A DNA stretch of 64,000 nucleotides from Magallana gigas (lineage: Eukaryota): contig NC_088861.1 in NCBI RefSeq assembly GCF_963853765.1, positions 2,170,001-2,234,000 of the forward strand. The letters run 5' to 3'. The notes beneath the pieces were generated by a model. That model was given only the letters and a program-made list of their open reading frames with translations. It ran no database searches and was not told where the DNA came from. The position numbers and the translations under genes are program-made. Below are positions 49,179-61,900 of the stretch, piece after piece (within the stretch, counting starts at the first letter, position 1; the number at the start of each line of letters is the position of its first letter).

Positions 49179-50050
49179 CTAGACTTTGACCCGTGTGTGC
49201 ACGGGTTGACATTACACATGATATTGGACATTTACGAAATACCGTATTTTTGACATTCACCTAACCAAGCTTTAAGCCTAGAATAATGCTATAAATTTCA
49301 CTTCACTCTACTTTGTTAGAATAATCTATAGCTAACTGTGACTCGGGACAGGCTTTCACCACGGTTAAAATGCCTCCTATATACCAATAATCTGGAAATG
49401 TAGCAGAAAATGGCGGAACAAATCGCTCCGAAAACATTTTGGAGAAAATTAATGAAGTTGCATTAAAATAACAGTCAAATTATTCATAATAAATCATTTC
49501 GAGACTATAAATACCTTTCATCTAAAAATTTAATTCTATTATTAAAGAATTCAACACTTTTTCACGAACGTTTTTTACTGGATTCAAACTTTCACACCAT
49601 GTTGACATTAGAAACTCCAGGGAATTGTCATAGTAAATGCACTGTATAAGAGTTATCTCCCGTATTTTCTTTGATAAAATAGTTTTCAAATAAATTTCAA
49701 ATGAAAATTAACACGTATTTGTATTATTGTTTCTGAGTTTATCCATGCAATTGTGATATTTTGAAAACATAAAGTAAAGAGCCTCCCGTGAATTTTTTGA
49801 GGAATTTTTGTTGATTATTATTTTGCGAAGCTTGAATGAGAAAATGTTCTCAGACTTTTAATATCAATTAGCAAAAATTATTGACTGCAGATTTTAAGTA
49901 AGAGCGTACAGCAAGTGGATAGTGTGAGTCGGAGCTGACGTTGCACCGAAGGTTTCCGATCTCAGAGGCTTCATGTATGCATATTGATGTCACGCATCTT
50001 GTCAGCTCAAAAACCAGCAATAGCTCTGATAGCAGTAGAAATTATACAGA
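49179..50050 (-). mobile_element. Non-autonomous Helitron, copy 1 (5' end approximate)
   Basis: Minus-strand 3' end: hairpin cccgtgcacacacggg (49190-49205), then CTAG (49179-49182) and flanking T. About 680 bp are homologous to 52429-53160. Confidence 0.8.
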
Positions 50051-50213
50051 AATTTGATCACACTCACAATCCAACTTGTTGTTTTATGTTTTTGTGATTA
50101 TGTCACATGTTCTTTAACTCGTGTTGTACGTATTAATCTTATTTAAAAAGACAGCTGCTTCTAGAAACACTGTACATGTATTTTCTGAGGTTACGTAATG
50201 ATTTTACCATTAC

Positions 50214-53200
50214 CATTTCCCCTAAGTTTGCATATTGCACACTCTGATTTTCATTTGATAATGTAACAACATCTATTGTTATTTGTGTGTAAACAGACAG
50301 AGTGTGAATTTTGGACCACAAGAAACGAGAAACGATATTGCAGATTTAAGTGAATATCTGGATACCGATTTCTCATATCTTATAAGGATAGTTTTATTAA
50401 ATGCAATTCCGGCCATTCGGTCTTTAACCATAATTATAAAAAGAAAAAAGTTTACTTTCACACACATTTTTAAATAAAACATCTAGATTTAAAATTTATA
50501 CAAAAAATGTTCAGTGAGATTCAAACCAGGTATAAGAAAGTTTATTCAGTGTCTGTAGTACGTTTGTCATCCACTAAATACTGTAGTGCTGTTCTGAAAG
50601 AAACAACAGGAAAATTATTATCTGAATATCATTTATGGTGTCAAATATTACTGTTGTTAATAATAATTGCTGGGGTAAATAGAAATTATTTATTCCTTTA
50701 AATATGTTACTCAATATTGACATTAATTTCTTGAAATATATATCATTGACATCTGTAGACAAAGCAAACTTCACAAAATGCATAGATAAAGGGGTCCGTG
50801 TTTGTTTCTTCTGAGTTAGTATTTCGACATTCTCTGCACTTAAACTTGTTAATTTGACTATGGTAATTTTTTTAAAATGCAATCTTATTGAAAACCAAGA
50901 GTTTTTTTAAATAAATGTCTATAGTCTTATATTGACACAATAAGACACGGGGATCAGCTTTTCCCATTTTTAAATAAAGAGCTCTAAAAGTAAAATTATT
51001 GAAGAATTTGGCAAGAATATTTAAAAAAAAAAGCTTTTANNNNNNNNNNNNNNNNNNNNNNNNNNNNNNNNNNNNNNNNNNNNNNNNNNNNNNNNNNNNN
51101 NNNNNNNNNNNNNNNNNNNNNNNNNNNNNNNNNNNNNNNNNNNNNNNNNNNNNNNNNNNNNNNNNNNNATTCTTTGCCTCTAAAAAAGTAAAATCCTCCG
51201 CTTAAAAGACATCACAGTTGTCTTATAAAAAGGTATCACTTAAGGTTTACAAAAGTAATCAAGGAATTCTTCCATCTCTGCTCCCCCTAATGACTTACCC
51301 TTGTTTTGAAATCTTAATCAACAAATATTTATATTTAAATGTTTATTATGGAAACTTTTCTTATTCTGATGTTTGAAAGATTAACTTGTATCAGATTAAA
51401 AATACACAAAAACCACATTTTTTCAAATTCTTAACAAATTTTCCTTACATAATGATAAAAAATAAACGAGTTTAAGGATTTTTTTTCCATTAAAAAAAAG
51501 AAATCGAAATGAAATTAACAATACTAATATTTGTTACTTATTTGAACATTTTTCGGAAATTTTTACTTTGTTTAACATATTTAATAGTGATTCTTTTCAA
51601 ACGCATTTAAAAAGAATATTTATCTATACGGTCCAAATTGTCGGAGACACTGCAGATTTTGCAGACCTAAAAAACGTTTATTTTTTTCATGATACCTCCA
51701 TCCATTATATTCTAAGATATTTATTCGGTATTATTATACCGTTGTATGTAGAATGAAGCATACTTCTGGTGATATAAAGGACACCATATCCACTATCCCT
51801 ATCATGTTTAATTCTATTAAATTTAGAATTGCATATGTACTTTTTGAAAACTAGAATAACCGGATCTGCAATATGGTAATTCAAAAAGGTTAAGCATGCA
51901 TTTTTGTGCAAAATTATTTGAAGTGAAGACAATCATTTCTTGCAAAAAAGTATTTTTTGTTATTATTGATTTTTTTCAATTGAAGTTTTTTGTTCCATTT
52001 TATTTTTACAAAAAGTCGCTTATTAATTTTGTTTTGAAACATGCGCGATTATCCTAATCGAAATAATACGACCAATACACCCGAGACCTGTTTACATACC
52101 AATGTAGCAAAGAAAGATTGATTTAAAATGTTATTGCAACAAAATACTCTTCCTACTTCATGTCAAATTAATATGGAAAATGTGTGAACGATAATTATAC
52201 AATTTCATATACTACTTTGAGTAAAGATAAATGAAACAAAAATCTATTTATATGTAGATAAAACAAAACCTATTTTCTCTGATACATCATGCCGTTTCCA
52301 TTGGTTTCTTTATCCAATTCTGAAAATAGAATAAGTATCCATCATTATAGAATCCCTTGGAATTTTAAAATATTTTTTGAAGATTTAAAGTACTTCGTTT
52401 TGCATACTTTTGAATACTTTTTTATCTACTATATTTTGACCCGTGCGTGCACGGTTGACATTGCATATGTAATCGGACATTTACGAAATAGATACATCGA
52501 CACAACGTATTGTTGACATTTACATAACCAAGCTTTAAGCCCACAATAATGCTATTAATTTTACTACACTCTGCTTAGTTAGAATAATCTAACAGTGTCT
52601 CGAGACAGGCCCCACCAAAGTTAAAATGGCTCCCATATACCCATAATGTAGTAGCAAAAGAATTGCAGAATCGCTCCAAAACGATTTTTGAAAAAATGAA
52701 GCTGCATTGAAAATAACAGTCAATTTATTCAGAACAAAGCATTTTGAGCCTGTAAAGACCTTTCATCTAAAAACTTAATTCAATTATATAAATGAAGAAT
52801 TCAACACTTTTTCACCTACGTTTTATACTCGCTTCGAATTTACACCCCATGTTGACATTCAGAACTCTCGGGATTTTTCATATAAAATGCACTGAGTTAG
52901 AGTTATATCCCGTATTTCCTTTGATGAACAGAATAAATGACAAATTTTCAAGGAAAATTTACATATACATGTATTTGTAATATCGTTTCTGAGATTATCC
53001 ATGCAAATGTGATATTGTGGAAACATAAACTAAAGAGCCTCTCATGATTTAGCGTGAATATAATGCGCATGCGCAAGATTGTAAAATCCAAATAAACCAG
53101 ATGATTTCCGGATTTTTAAGGGAATTTTCGTTGATTATCAATTAGCGAAGCTTGATTGAAAAAAATAACAACAAATTGGTAATCTTAAGTAGCAATGATG

Positions 53201-54627
53201 TTTAAAATATATAAAACAAAAGACAGTACTCTTCCGTTTTTTCGGTATTTATGCCCAAAAAATTTAGTCTATTATTTTTATATAGTAGAATAGATATGGA
53301 CATACAATGACATTCATTAAAAAGATAATGCCGTTTGTACAATAAGCCTAGAAAATTCATTCAGAAATTAAATTTTATTTTTCAAATTATTCAGGCAAAA
53401 AATGTATTTAAACATCATTAGATTGATTGTTTTAATAAAATACCATCCATATATTCTCAGTTATCATTTATGTTAGTTTGTTGGATTTAGGTTAATAGAG
53501 ACTGGATGCAAAAAACAAGATACTATCTAAAAAAGGCATTGAATGCTTGAATGGCACAAATAGCAGTAAAATGTGTATTGTTTCCACATCCAAGACACGA
53601 GGCGAGTTAAAGCTGAAACAAGCGTATACTGACAAATCACAAGTGCACATATTAACAAATATCTACTTTTGAACATATGCATGTTTAGGTCTAGCACAAA
53701 CAAACACAGAGTGCGATTGCACTGAAAATTTATAAGAAATTATAAGCTGACTTTATCAATGTTAAGACTGATGGGTAGGCGTGTTTATTTTAAAAAGTAC
53801 AAATTAGGTTATTCTCCCTGCCAGTAATAGCTTTGTGTATGCATAAAAAGGGAAGAAAATATAAAAAGATATATTTTTTTTCGTTTTTTTTTCTTTACTC
53901 AGCGTTATAAATCATACACGTATTTACATTTTTTAGATAGATCTAAAGAATAATTTTCTGACCTTCCAGTCTTCGTACAATTAGGAAATAAATACAGGTA
54001 TCTAACAAACGTTTCAAAGTTTAAAGAACTAAAACACGTTTCTAAAATTTAAAACAAGAAATGAAAAATGTTACCTGTTGTTCCCCCGAAATTGCTGGTT
54101 TCTTGTTTTTCTGTCAAAGACGTCACATTTTAAAAAAAAGAACCGGTTCAATCTCAGTGAGATAAACAAGATAGATATTGATTTCTGGCATACAAACCTT
54201 TGATATACAATGCAAGAATGACAATAAATGCGGTTATAAGTGCTAACAGCAAACTTCCCATAACAATCATGGTGATCTTGTATTTCCGGGCCAATGGACC
54301 ATTATTGCTCTGTGCTATAAATAATTCAAACGATAAAACACAGGGGGATAAATACCATATTGCAATTCTTCTTAAACAAGAAATTGATAGTAAAAAAAAA
54401 TGAAAGATATTTACCACGGCAATATTTTTTTTAATTCTTAAAAATTTATCAAATTTAGAATAAATATTCCACAGAAAAGAATAAAATTTATCAAATTTAA
54501 AATAAATATTCCACAGAAAAGAATAAATTTTATCAAATTTGAAATAAATATTTCATAGAAGAGAATACCACAATATTGTTATACCATCTACATTCTCGTT
54601 AGAGTTTTCCGTTTGTCCTGACGACAT
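50214..54627 (-). CDS. Small single-pass membrane protein built from micro-exons, with Tyr/ITIM-like motifs (3' end unresolved)
   Basis: complement(54585..54627,54198..54314,54075..54110,51630..51666,50562..50593,50334..50378,50214..50272), all GT-AG with matching phases: MSSGQTENSNENVDAQSNNGPLARKYKITMIVMGSLLLALITAFIVILALYIKEKQETSNFGGTTGLQNLQCLRQFGPTALQYLVDDKHMRNRYPDIHLNLQYHVVTLSNENQSVQYANLGEM. The first three exons are supported by conserved splice sites in the paralog; the later exons are less certain and an N-gap lies inside. Confidence 0.6.
51040..51168. other. Assembly gap (N run)
   Basis: 129 N characters. Confidence 1.
52429..53294 (-). mobile_element. Non-autonomous Helitron, copy 2 (866 bp, both ends defined)
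   Basis: On the minus strand it starts TCTATTCTACTATATAAAA (53294), ends with hairpin ccgtgcacgcacggg plus a degenerate CTAG (ATAG), and sits between A and T. The flanks rejoin in the paralog at about 43430-43460. Confidence 0.82.
54442..54566. repeat. Three tandem copies of a 42-bp unit in an intron
   Basis: aaatttatcaaatttagaataaatattccacagaaaagaata-like units at 54442, 54484 and about 54526; only about one copy in the paralog (45810-45870). Confidence 0.88.
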
Positions 54628-55385
54628 TGTGAGGTTGATCGTTTAACTGTATCTTCACACCCTTAAGCCTCCCAATATTAAATAAATTTGGCAAGAAGCA
54701 AATATATAGATATATTGACGAGAGTATATGTAATGCTTGAACTGTATTAAAAATAATGCCTTAAAAGTTAACGTTAGCATATCATATCGAATTTAAAACA
54801 CAATTTCAAAACATGTAAAAGAATATAAAAAAAACTAATGCACATTTTAATTTACCATACCATGTAACAAGATCCAATATAAAGATTTTATATTGGTGCA
54901 TTATTTTTCCACTTAGATTTTTAATAAATATAAAAATCTTACCGATTACACATTGTTTGTGATTTGTGAATGTTTCATTACGTAGTTAAACTTATTGATT
55001 AAAATATACTAAAATGAGAGGTGATATTATGCTGTTTACATTTGTAACTAACTTAGTAACTAAAACTGAGCACTTGTTAAGAACTGTTAGATTGAAAGAA
55101 AAAAAGAAAACCTGGCAATGATCAGGGCTTATTAAATGTTATAAGTTTTGTTTTAAATTTCGATAGATACTTGTACATGTACAAACGTACACAAATACTT
55201 AAAACATGCCCGAGTTACAGTTGATTATCGTTTATCTTATCTGAAACAAAATGATAAAACTCTTCAATGCGCTACATATTAAGTAAATCAACAGTTTCAA
55301 CATAAGAAATACTCTACAGATGTTCATTTCAAACAAAAAAATAAAACTTACATCTTTAATCTTTATTTTATAGTTTTTCTTTTTC

Positions 55386-55416
<31 letters not shown>

Positions 55417-55629
55417 GATTTTTGCAAAATCATTTACAAGGATATTGTTAGATTAAAAAACAAGAAGCCTTTTGACCACATCGGTCGACAGAGCAACATT
55501 GACCAAATCCTGATTCAAGTTAGTTAACCCTAGATGAAAAATGACAATAACAAGCTGTAAATCGTCTCAAAAATTCATATACCGAAATACAAGTTCAATG
55601 AAGAGCAAACACGATAGAGGTATGATAAA

Positions 55630-55705
55630 TGATAGAGGTGGAATCATGTGATGAGGAGGCGTAAGCACCCCCTTCCGACCGGTCGCACCCGCCGGGTGCT
55701 CATCG
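55630..55705 (-). mobile_element. Degenerate fragment of an interspersed bivalve repeat (probably a retroelement 3' region)
   Basis: Minus strand reads gcgggtgcgaccggtcggaagggggtgcttacgcctcctcatcacatgattccacctct, a GC-rich island resembling a repeat motif I recall from oyster genomes; family not verified. Confidence 0.35.
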
Positions 55706-56594
55706 TCATAATCATGAAAAACGAAAGAAATGTAATCAAAATGAATGCAGAAGTCAAATATAAACATTTCAGCCATTGTTGTTTTTGTGTCAACAATTAA
55801 GAATATTGATGTTTTAACACATAGTTACATTAAAATTTGTATCAATGTTGTTTTAATTAATATTTTACACAGTATGAATTAAAAGCGAATCATTTTGATT
55901 TGATTTACTATTTTTTATTTCAATAAGCCAACCGTCAATGAGTGCAAATGAAACAACATTTAAACATTATGAAAATATTCCTGCAAACAACTTTCTGCAA
56001 AGAGATAGACTATGTTATATTGATAATTCACCAAAATTAAAATATCATCGAACAACATGCTGACTTAACAAAGTGCTCTTCAAAATTTTCTATTTAAGAA
56101 TGCTATAAGAAAGGAAATTCAAGCTACATATACAAATATAAGGAAAGTCAAACACATATATCAAAACAAAGAAGAATAAGAATTACGTTTAATAAAGGAC
56201 CACATGTAGGCTTGGTAAAAAAAGTATTTTCATTTAAAATAATGTAGAATCATAACAAAGATCTTAGATAACATGTTCAAGCGTCCCTAGTAAAAAAGAA
56301 AAAACGCGAATATATTTATTGTATTGGATCTTTACCTCCGCCTGGCCGAAAGGTGTAATTTGTAGTGTAACTTTTAACAACGTTCGCGTGTGCCTGTGCA
56401 TATAATATTGTTTATTTAAAAATAACAACCTTTCCTTTCCTATTTCTGATAGAGTTTATCAATGTAAAAATTATATAATTGTTCCCTATTACAGATTCAC
56501 ACAAGCATAAGGTGTCATTTAAAGGAAATAAAGTTAAGAAACGAAATATTTAACTACCGCGCAAGTGAAATACTGATTGATACCTTCATGGAAA

Positions 56595-58940
56595 ATGGAA
56601 CAAGGCATAGGCAAGGGTAAGAATCATTTTTTTTTAAAGATATAATATTTTATATATTTTTTGTGCCATTCTAAATTGAATTAATATGGAGTTGCCCCCC
56701 GCCCCAACTTTTATGGGATCATGTAAGAAATTGAAAATAAGGAAATAATGAGTGAAATTGAAGTTAAAGGTATACTCCCCTTCCCCCCCCCCCCTGGATT
56801 AGGATTTTCTGAATTTTTTTTCTTTTAGGTTTGTCAAATTTTATTGGATGAGTCTGCCCCCCCCCCCCCCCCCCGCCACTTTCAAAAACGATGCTACGTG
56901 TCTGTCTACATTGTTACATGTGATCAGGATATCATGAAAGAGGGTACAGAGCGGGTTTTGAAGAAAACTTTTGAAATAATAAGAACACTTACAGTTTAAT
57001 TATCCTTAAATTATGCATTGCAATCAATTAAACTGGCTTTTTAAAAACAACATTTCAACCCATGAATCAATAATACCAATATCACAATTACCCGTAATGC
57101 ACAAGAGATATTGTGTTTGCATTCACATCTTGATATAAGTAACGCTTTAATAAGGATATAAATTTTCATTTGATTTAATATTCCTTTAACAACAAGATAC
57201 TTTTTTTTTATAATGCATGCATATAGATGTTCATATTAAGTAATTTTGTTAAACCTATCATATTCTAGGTGGTGTGTGCAGATGCCAACGAAACAAACTG
57301 ACAGCTGTCCCATATCTAATAGGAGGAACATGTATTTTTGTGATGGTTTTGATATCTTTATCTGTGATAATGGTTGTATGCCTTATAGAGTATAATAGTA
57401 AGTATCATCAATATTCCTTGAAAGCCACATATTTGACCGTAATGTCGCTGATTTTTTATTAAAATAAAAAGAAAGATAAGCATATTTGTTTACTGACCAA
57501 GCTTAAATATAGTCAAGTACCTAAATTAATATAAATGACTGGGATAAAGACATAGAATCAATCATGAAATCATTTTTAGGAAATGTATAAATGAAAATGA
57601 AACATTTTTAAAATTATTTAAAAATGTTGATGTTTGGAAGAAAAAAACCATTTGAATTGTTTTAAAATCACAAAATAAAATTTAAACCCCCCAAAAACTA
57701 GAAAAGTTTAAAGAACAATTAACAGAAATCGTAGCTGGAAATAACTTTCAAAGCTGTTTTGATACATGTATGTTATAGCATATACAATGGATTCAGTTTC
57801 TTTAATCATACATATTCATGAGAGGTGATGCAGATTGTTAATTGTTTACAAGAGTTGTTCCTTCCTCATACGACCCTGTTATAGTAAAGCATGATGATTC
57901 CCAAAGAATTTACAAAAAATTGAATTACAATGTCAAAAAAAGTACAAAAAGTACAAAAATATAACAAGACTTATGATTAATAAAAACTTATATTTCGCCA
58001 TAGCCTATGTAGCATAAATTCCCGACAACTTGCCAAAACAAGAAACTAATTTAAACATTTGATAAAAATTTTAAAATGTTGTTTGTATCTTTTTCGTTAC
58101 TTTAGTACATATAACCTTTGTAACATGCTTATATATTTCTTATGAAAATCCTTTTGAAAGCACCATAATCTTTCAAAAAGTACATTTTTGTGAAATCATT
58201 CGCGCCTCTTTTGAAAGAATAAATAAGCAGCTATAAAAAATGTATGTTACTTAAAATCTTAAAGTATTGCTGGCGGTTTATGGAGGCATTTAAATTCACC
58301 ATTTATATCTTTATCAGAAACAAAGATCTGTACCTGTCACGACCCTGATGTGAACATTGGTGGGAACAAAAGTGGTAGGTCTGAAGATATATGTTACATC
58401 TCATAATCTGAAGGAAGTAATTGTGTTTAATGAAAGGAAACCAGTACAACTTCATTATATAATTATATGTATCCTTCAACCTGTGAGAAAGTAATTTGAA
58501 TATAATCGCTCAATATATTTAAAAAAACCAATACCAAACCCTACCGAAACCATTTGGTGTTAAAGGTACATTGTAGTTATCAAAAACTGCAGCTTCATCT
58601 CTGCATCAAAATTTATAAAGTAAACTAATATTTTTATAAGTTTAAAAGTAGCGCTGATTTCAATGTTAGACATTTTTCACCTTGAGATTTACTGAAACCA
58701 TTTTAGCTTTTATGTGTTTTATGTTTATTGTCCTTGAAAATTGACAGCTTAAACCTTATTTTTTTTCAGACAGAGGCGTTATAGATATAAAACATTACAG
58801 CTCCAAAGAAGAAGGTAAATAGGAATTTAAAATATCGTCAATTGTACTTTACAGATTGTTTAATAAAGTAAATCAAGAACAGAAGTTATAAAAGTAAGAA
58901 AATATTTTTGCAGGATCCAATGGGACGTCCAAAACAGATT
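56595..58940 (+). CDS. Single-pass (probably type II) membrane protein, 5' part, phase-1 micro-exons
   Basis: join(56595..56616,57269..57397,58318..58374,58770..58814,58914..58940), all junctions phase 1: MEQGIGK-GGVCRCQRNKLTAVPYLIGGTCIFVMVLISLSVIMVVCLIEYN-KTKICTCHDPDVNIGGNKS-DRGVIDIKHYSSKEE-GSNGTSKTD. Continuation unresolved. Confidence 0.55.
56685..56902. mobile_element. Interspersed repeat fragment, copy 2 (same family as 40862-41042)
   Basis: Shared atggagttgcccc and actttcaaaaacgatgctacgtg blocks. Confidence 0.7.
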
Positions 58941-61900
58941 GTAAACCTATCTCCTGGATTGACACATGCAAGGCGTGTTTTAGCTTAAAGCAACAGAATG
59001 TTTAAATGTTAAAAAAGTTATATGTACTTGTTAATTGAATAATTAATCATAAACCTGGCAAAATAACAGGTAATAGTAATAATTTGTAAATATTTCGATT
59101 AATTACAGATATAATGTACATGTACATGAAATCTTCTGCTAGTTTGCTTTATTTATCATATTTTCATCTGTTTAAATTTTGTGTATTTTTGCTTAAATTT
59201 CAATGTGCCAGTAGTCAGCAATAACAGTAAAGATCTTGTGAACACAAATCAATCATGTCTAAACATGTTTTGAATAAAACCATTGCTAATATGGTCGTCA
59301 TATTACAACCTACCTCATATATTTTGAATATCTTTCAAATTGCGATATAATTTGCACTTCTGAATAATAGTTATCTACACAGTGATACCTTTTCTATTAA
59401 ATGTAATAGAATAGTTCCGTTCAATGCAGAAAAACGAACTATGTCTTGCTGAGTACTCATTCATTTGGGTTTTTTTGATGTGACATAATATGCACGGGCT
59501 AAACAATTTATTTTAAATCAACTTTATTGTGATTTTTCTAATATGGAGGGTTTTTTCTGGTAACAAATGATGTTTTATCTACGTTTTCTGTCTCCTTTTC
59601 AATGGTTATTAGGTGGATCAGAAGATAAATGTGTAATTATTTTTTTTCAATTTGTGTGTATGTTTACGTTTTGGGTATTTAGCTTTAATAAATTGAAAAG
59701 AATTGTCTTTCCTTGTACCACCAAAGCTGAATTGTAAATTATTTTACCTGAAATGTAATCGATTACATAAATAGCTTTTGTCATACAACGATCAAAAAGT
59801 GACGTAGTTTTTCTAACTGAAACTAAAAGCAAAATTGTGAAATATCATGTTTTCTTTACTTGAGTTCATTTGCTATCTAAATTTTGTTGACATTTCTTGC
59901 ATTAAAGCACAGAAATGTTATTTGTATTTCATATATGTTTGCAATAGCGTTTACATGCCGATATTAACAATTGGATTGCATTACCTAAGAAGTGATGGAA
60001 AGATAAATATTTTTATCGTTAAAGGACAAGTATCTTGTTTACATTCTGTACATGGCAGTGACAGGTACACTGTCATTTATAAACATGGATAAGTGTAAAT
60101 GTGCGATTAATAAAAATATATAAAGATACAATCAAAGTTTTATTTTTCATACATGAAGCCAAGATCATTTTATTGTGTTGAACTGTACAATTTTTTGTAG
60201 CATCTTGGCTACCAACTTCACCGAAGTAATTCTATCTCTATGTGATTGAACATTAAGTTGCCAACAATATTTTTTTGCTTTGATTTTCATGGTAGATTTA
60301 AATTGACACCGGAAATACCTGATTTTGTACAAATATTTTAAAATCATTTGAGCTTCAATTTTCATGAATTTTTTTTTACGAAAATGTTATTTTCTACTAA
60401 AGTGACCAAAAATATCATGATTTTTAAATTTCTGTTAGCTATACTTTGTCAGAAAAGTCGTTAAGAAGCGTAAATTGGAGCAGAATTGAATTCTTGTCGT
60501 CCTGTACAAAAGTTGAATTTCTATATAATCCTTACAAGAGAAATCTTTTCTTCTGACAAAAATTGAAGATTTTTACAAATCTTATTTTTTCTAAAAGTTT
60601 AAGTTACATCAGATTTAGCATACTAGCAGGTTTTTGCGGCAAAATAAAATTCTGAAAAATCCAGCTTATATTGCTTTAATGTTTTCCTGATCAACAAAGA
60701 TTCATACATAACAGACTTTAAAAATAAATATACATTTAATAAATGACTTAAACAACACAAATTACAGAGTCGAAATTTTCAATTTTTTGTGCTAAAAATG
60801 TTTGCTACATAGTACATTTTTAAAGTTCACAATTCTTTTTTCTTTTAATTTTTTAATTGCATGATCATTCAGGAAAGTTTTGAGATGAATATCAGCAGTT
60901 TTGAGTCATCTTTTTATGATTAAAAGTTGTTGTTATGATCAATTTTCATTTCCTCATTATCTAACGTAAAAATGTAAATGCTATCAATTAGTTTTGTTGT
61001 AAATGTTAAACTGATCGATTTTAACACGAAGAATATTTTGTCGTTTAAAGCTTTTGACTTCTTTATAGAGGGAAATACCTATTTGATAAGGCAGTATATT
61101 TTATAAATTATTTTTAAGCGAATCTAACAAAGACAATTTCATGACTGTCTGATTACATGATAAATGTTAATGGAAAAGCCAAAGTAATTTGTAATAGTGT
61201 ACATCACCATGCAAAGACTTAATTTTAACGGTATTTGAATGCAAACAATACAATTTACATGCCTGACTTCATCTTATACATGACTTTTACTTTACCACAA
61301 TTATATGCATCTCCCATCAAAATAGTTTATCACGGATTTAATGTGATGCCATTTGGATGACGAATTCACAAATGAATAAAGTATATTTTTTAAAAAGGCT
61401 CCGTCGTAATATTTTTATTTGAATTTTTATTGTTTTTTGATATGTTTGGATATTAAATCTCCATTTTTCTTCCATTGAAGTCGGTACAAAATTGCTGTTG
61501 AGGTGATTTTAGAAAATTTATTACTAACTGCAAATATGTTAAGTATTTTAATTTATCCAACATCTGTGTCTGGTATAGTTACAATTCCAAAAAACTATCT
61601 GCTCGTCCAAATTTGTTTTCCAATTCATGTTCGACAAAGTTGCAATCTAAAAATAGGCTCAGTTCTAAAACATTATATTAATATACATAATGCAGAATAT
61701 GTCGTGTAGATGATAGCACAGTACAAATGCATTTCTATTTTGACTGTCTATCATAACATGTTCATAAGTAGACTACAAAGTTGTATATTATTTTAAAATA
61801 AATAATAGTCTGTATAAGTATGAGTATATAGAATAGTCAACAAGGATTAATGACATAAGTTTATGTTCTTTATAGACGTTTAAAAAAATATGCTTTCAAA

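Noticed and set aside
50236-50378. Read-through frame ...NRCCYIIK* resembling a BRICHOS CCYIMK motif
   Set aside because: It stops immediately, lacks the rest of the domain, and the paralog supports an acceptor at 50273-50274 in a different frame.
43400-55300. Duplicated blocks as uncollapsed haplotypes
   Set aside because: Divergence is visibly high with many indels and independent TE insertions, more than expected for alleles; still worth a long-read check.
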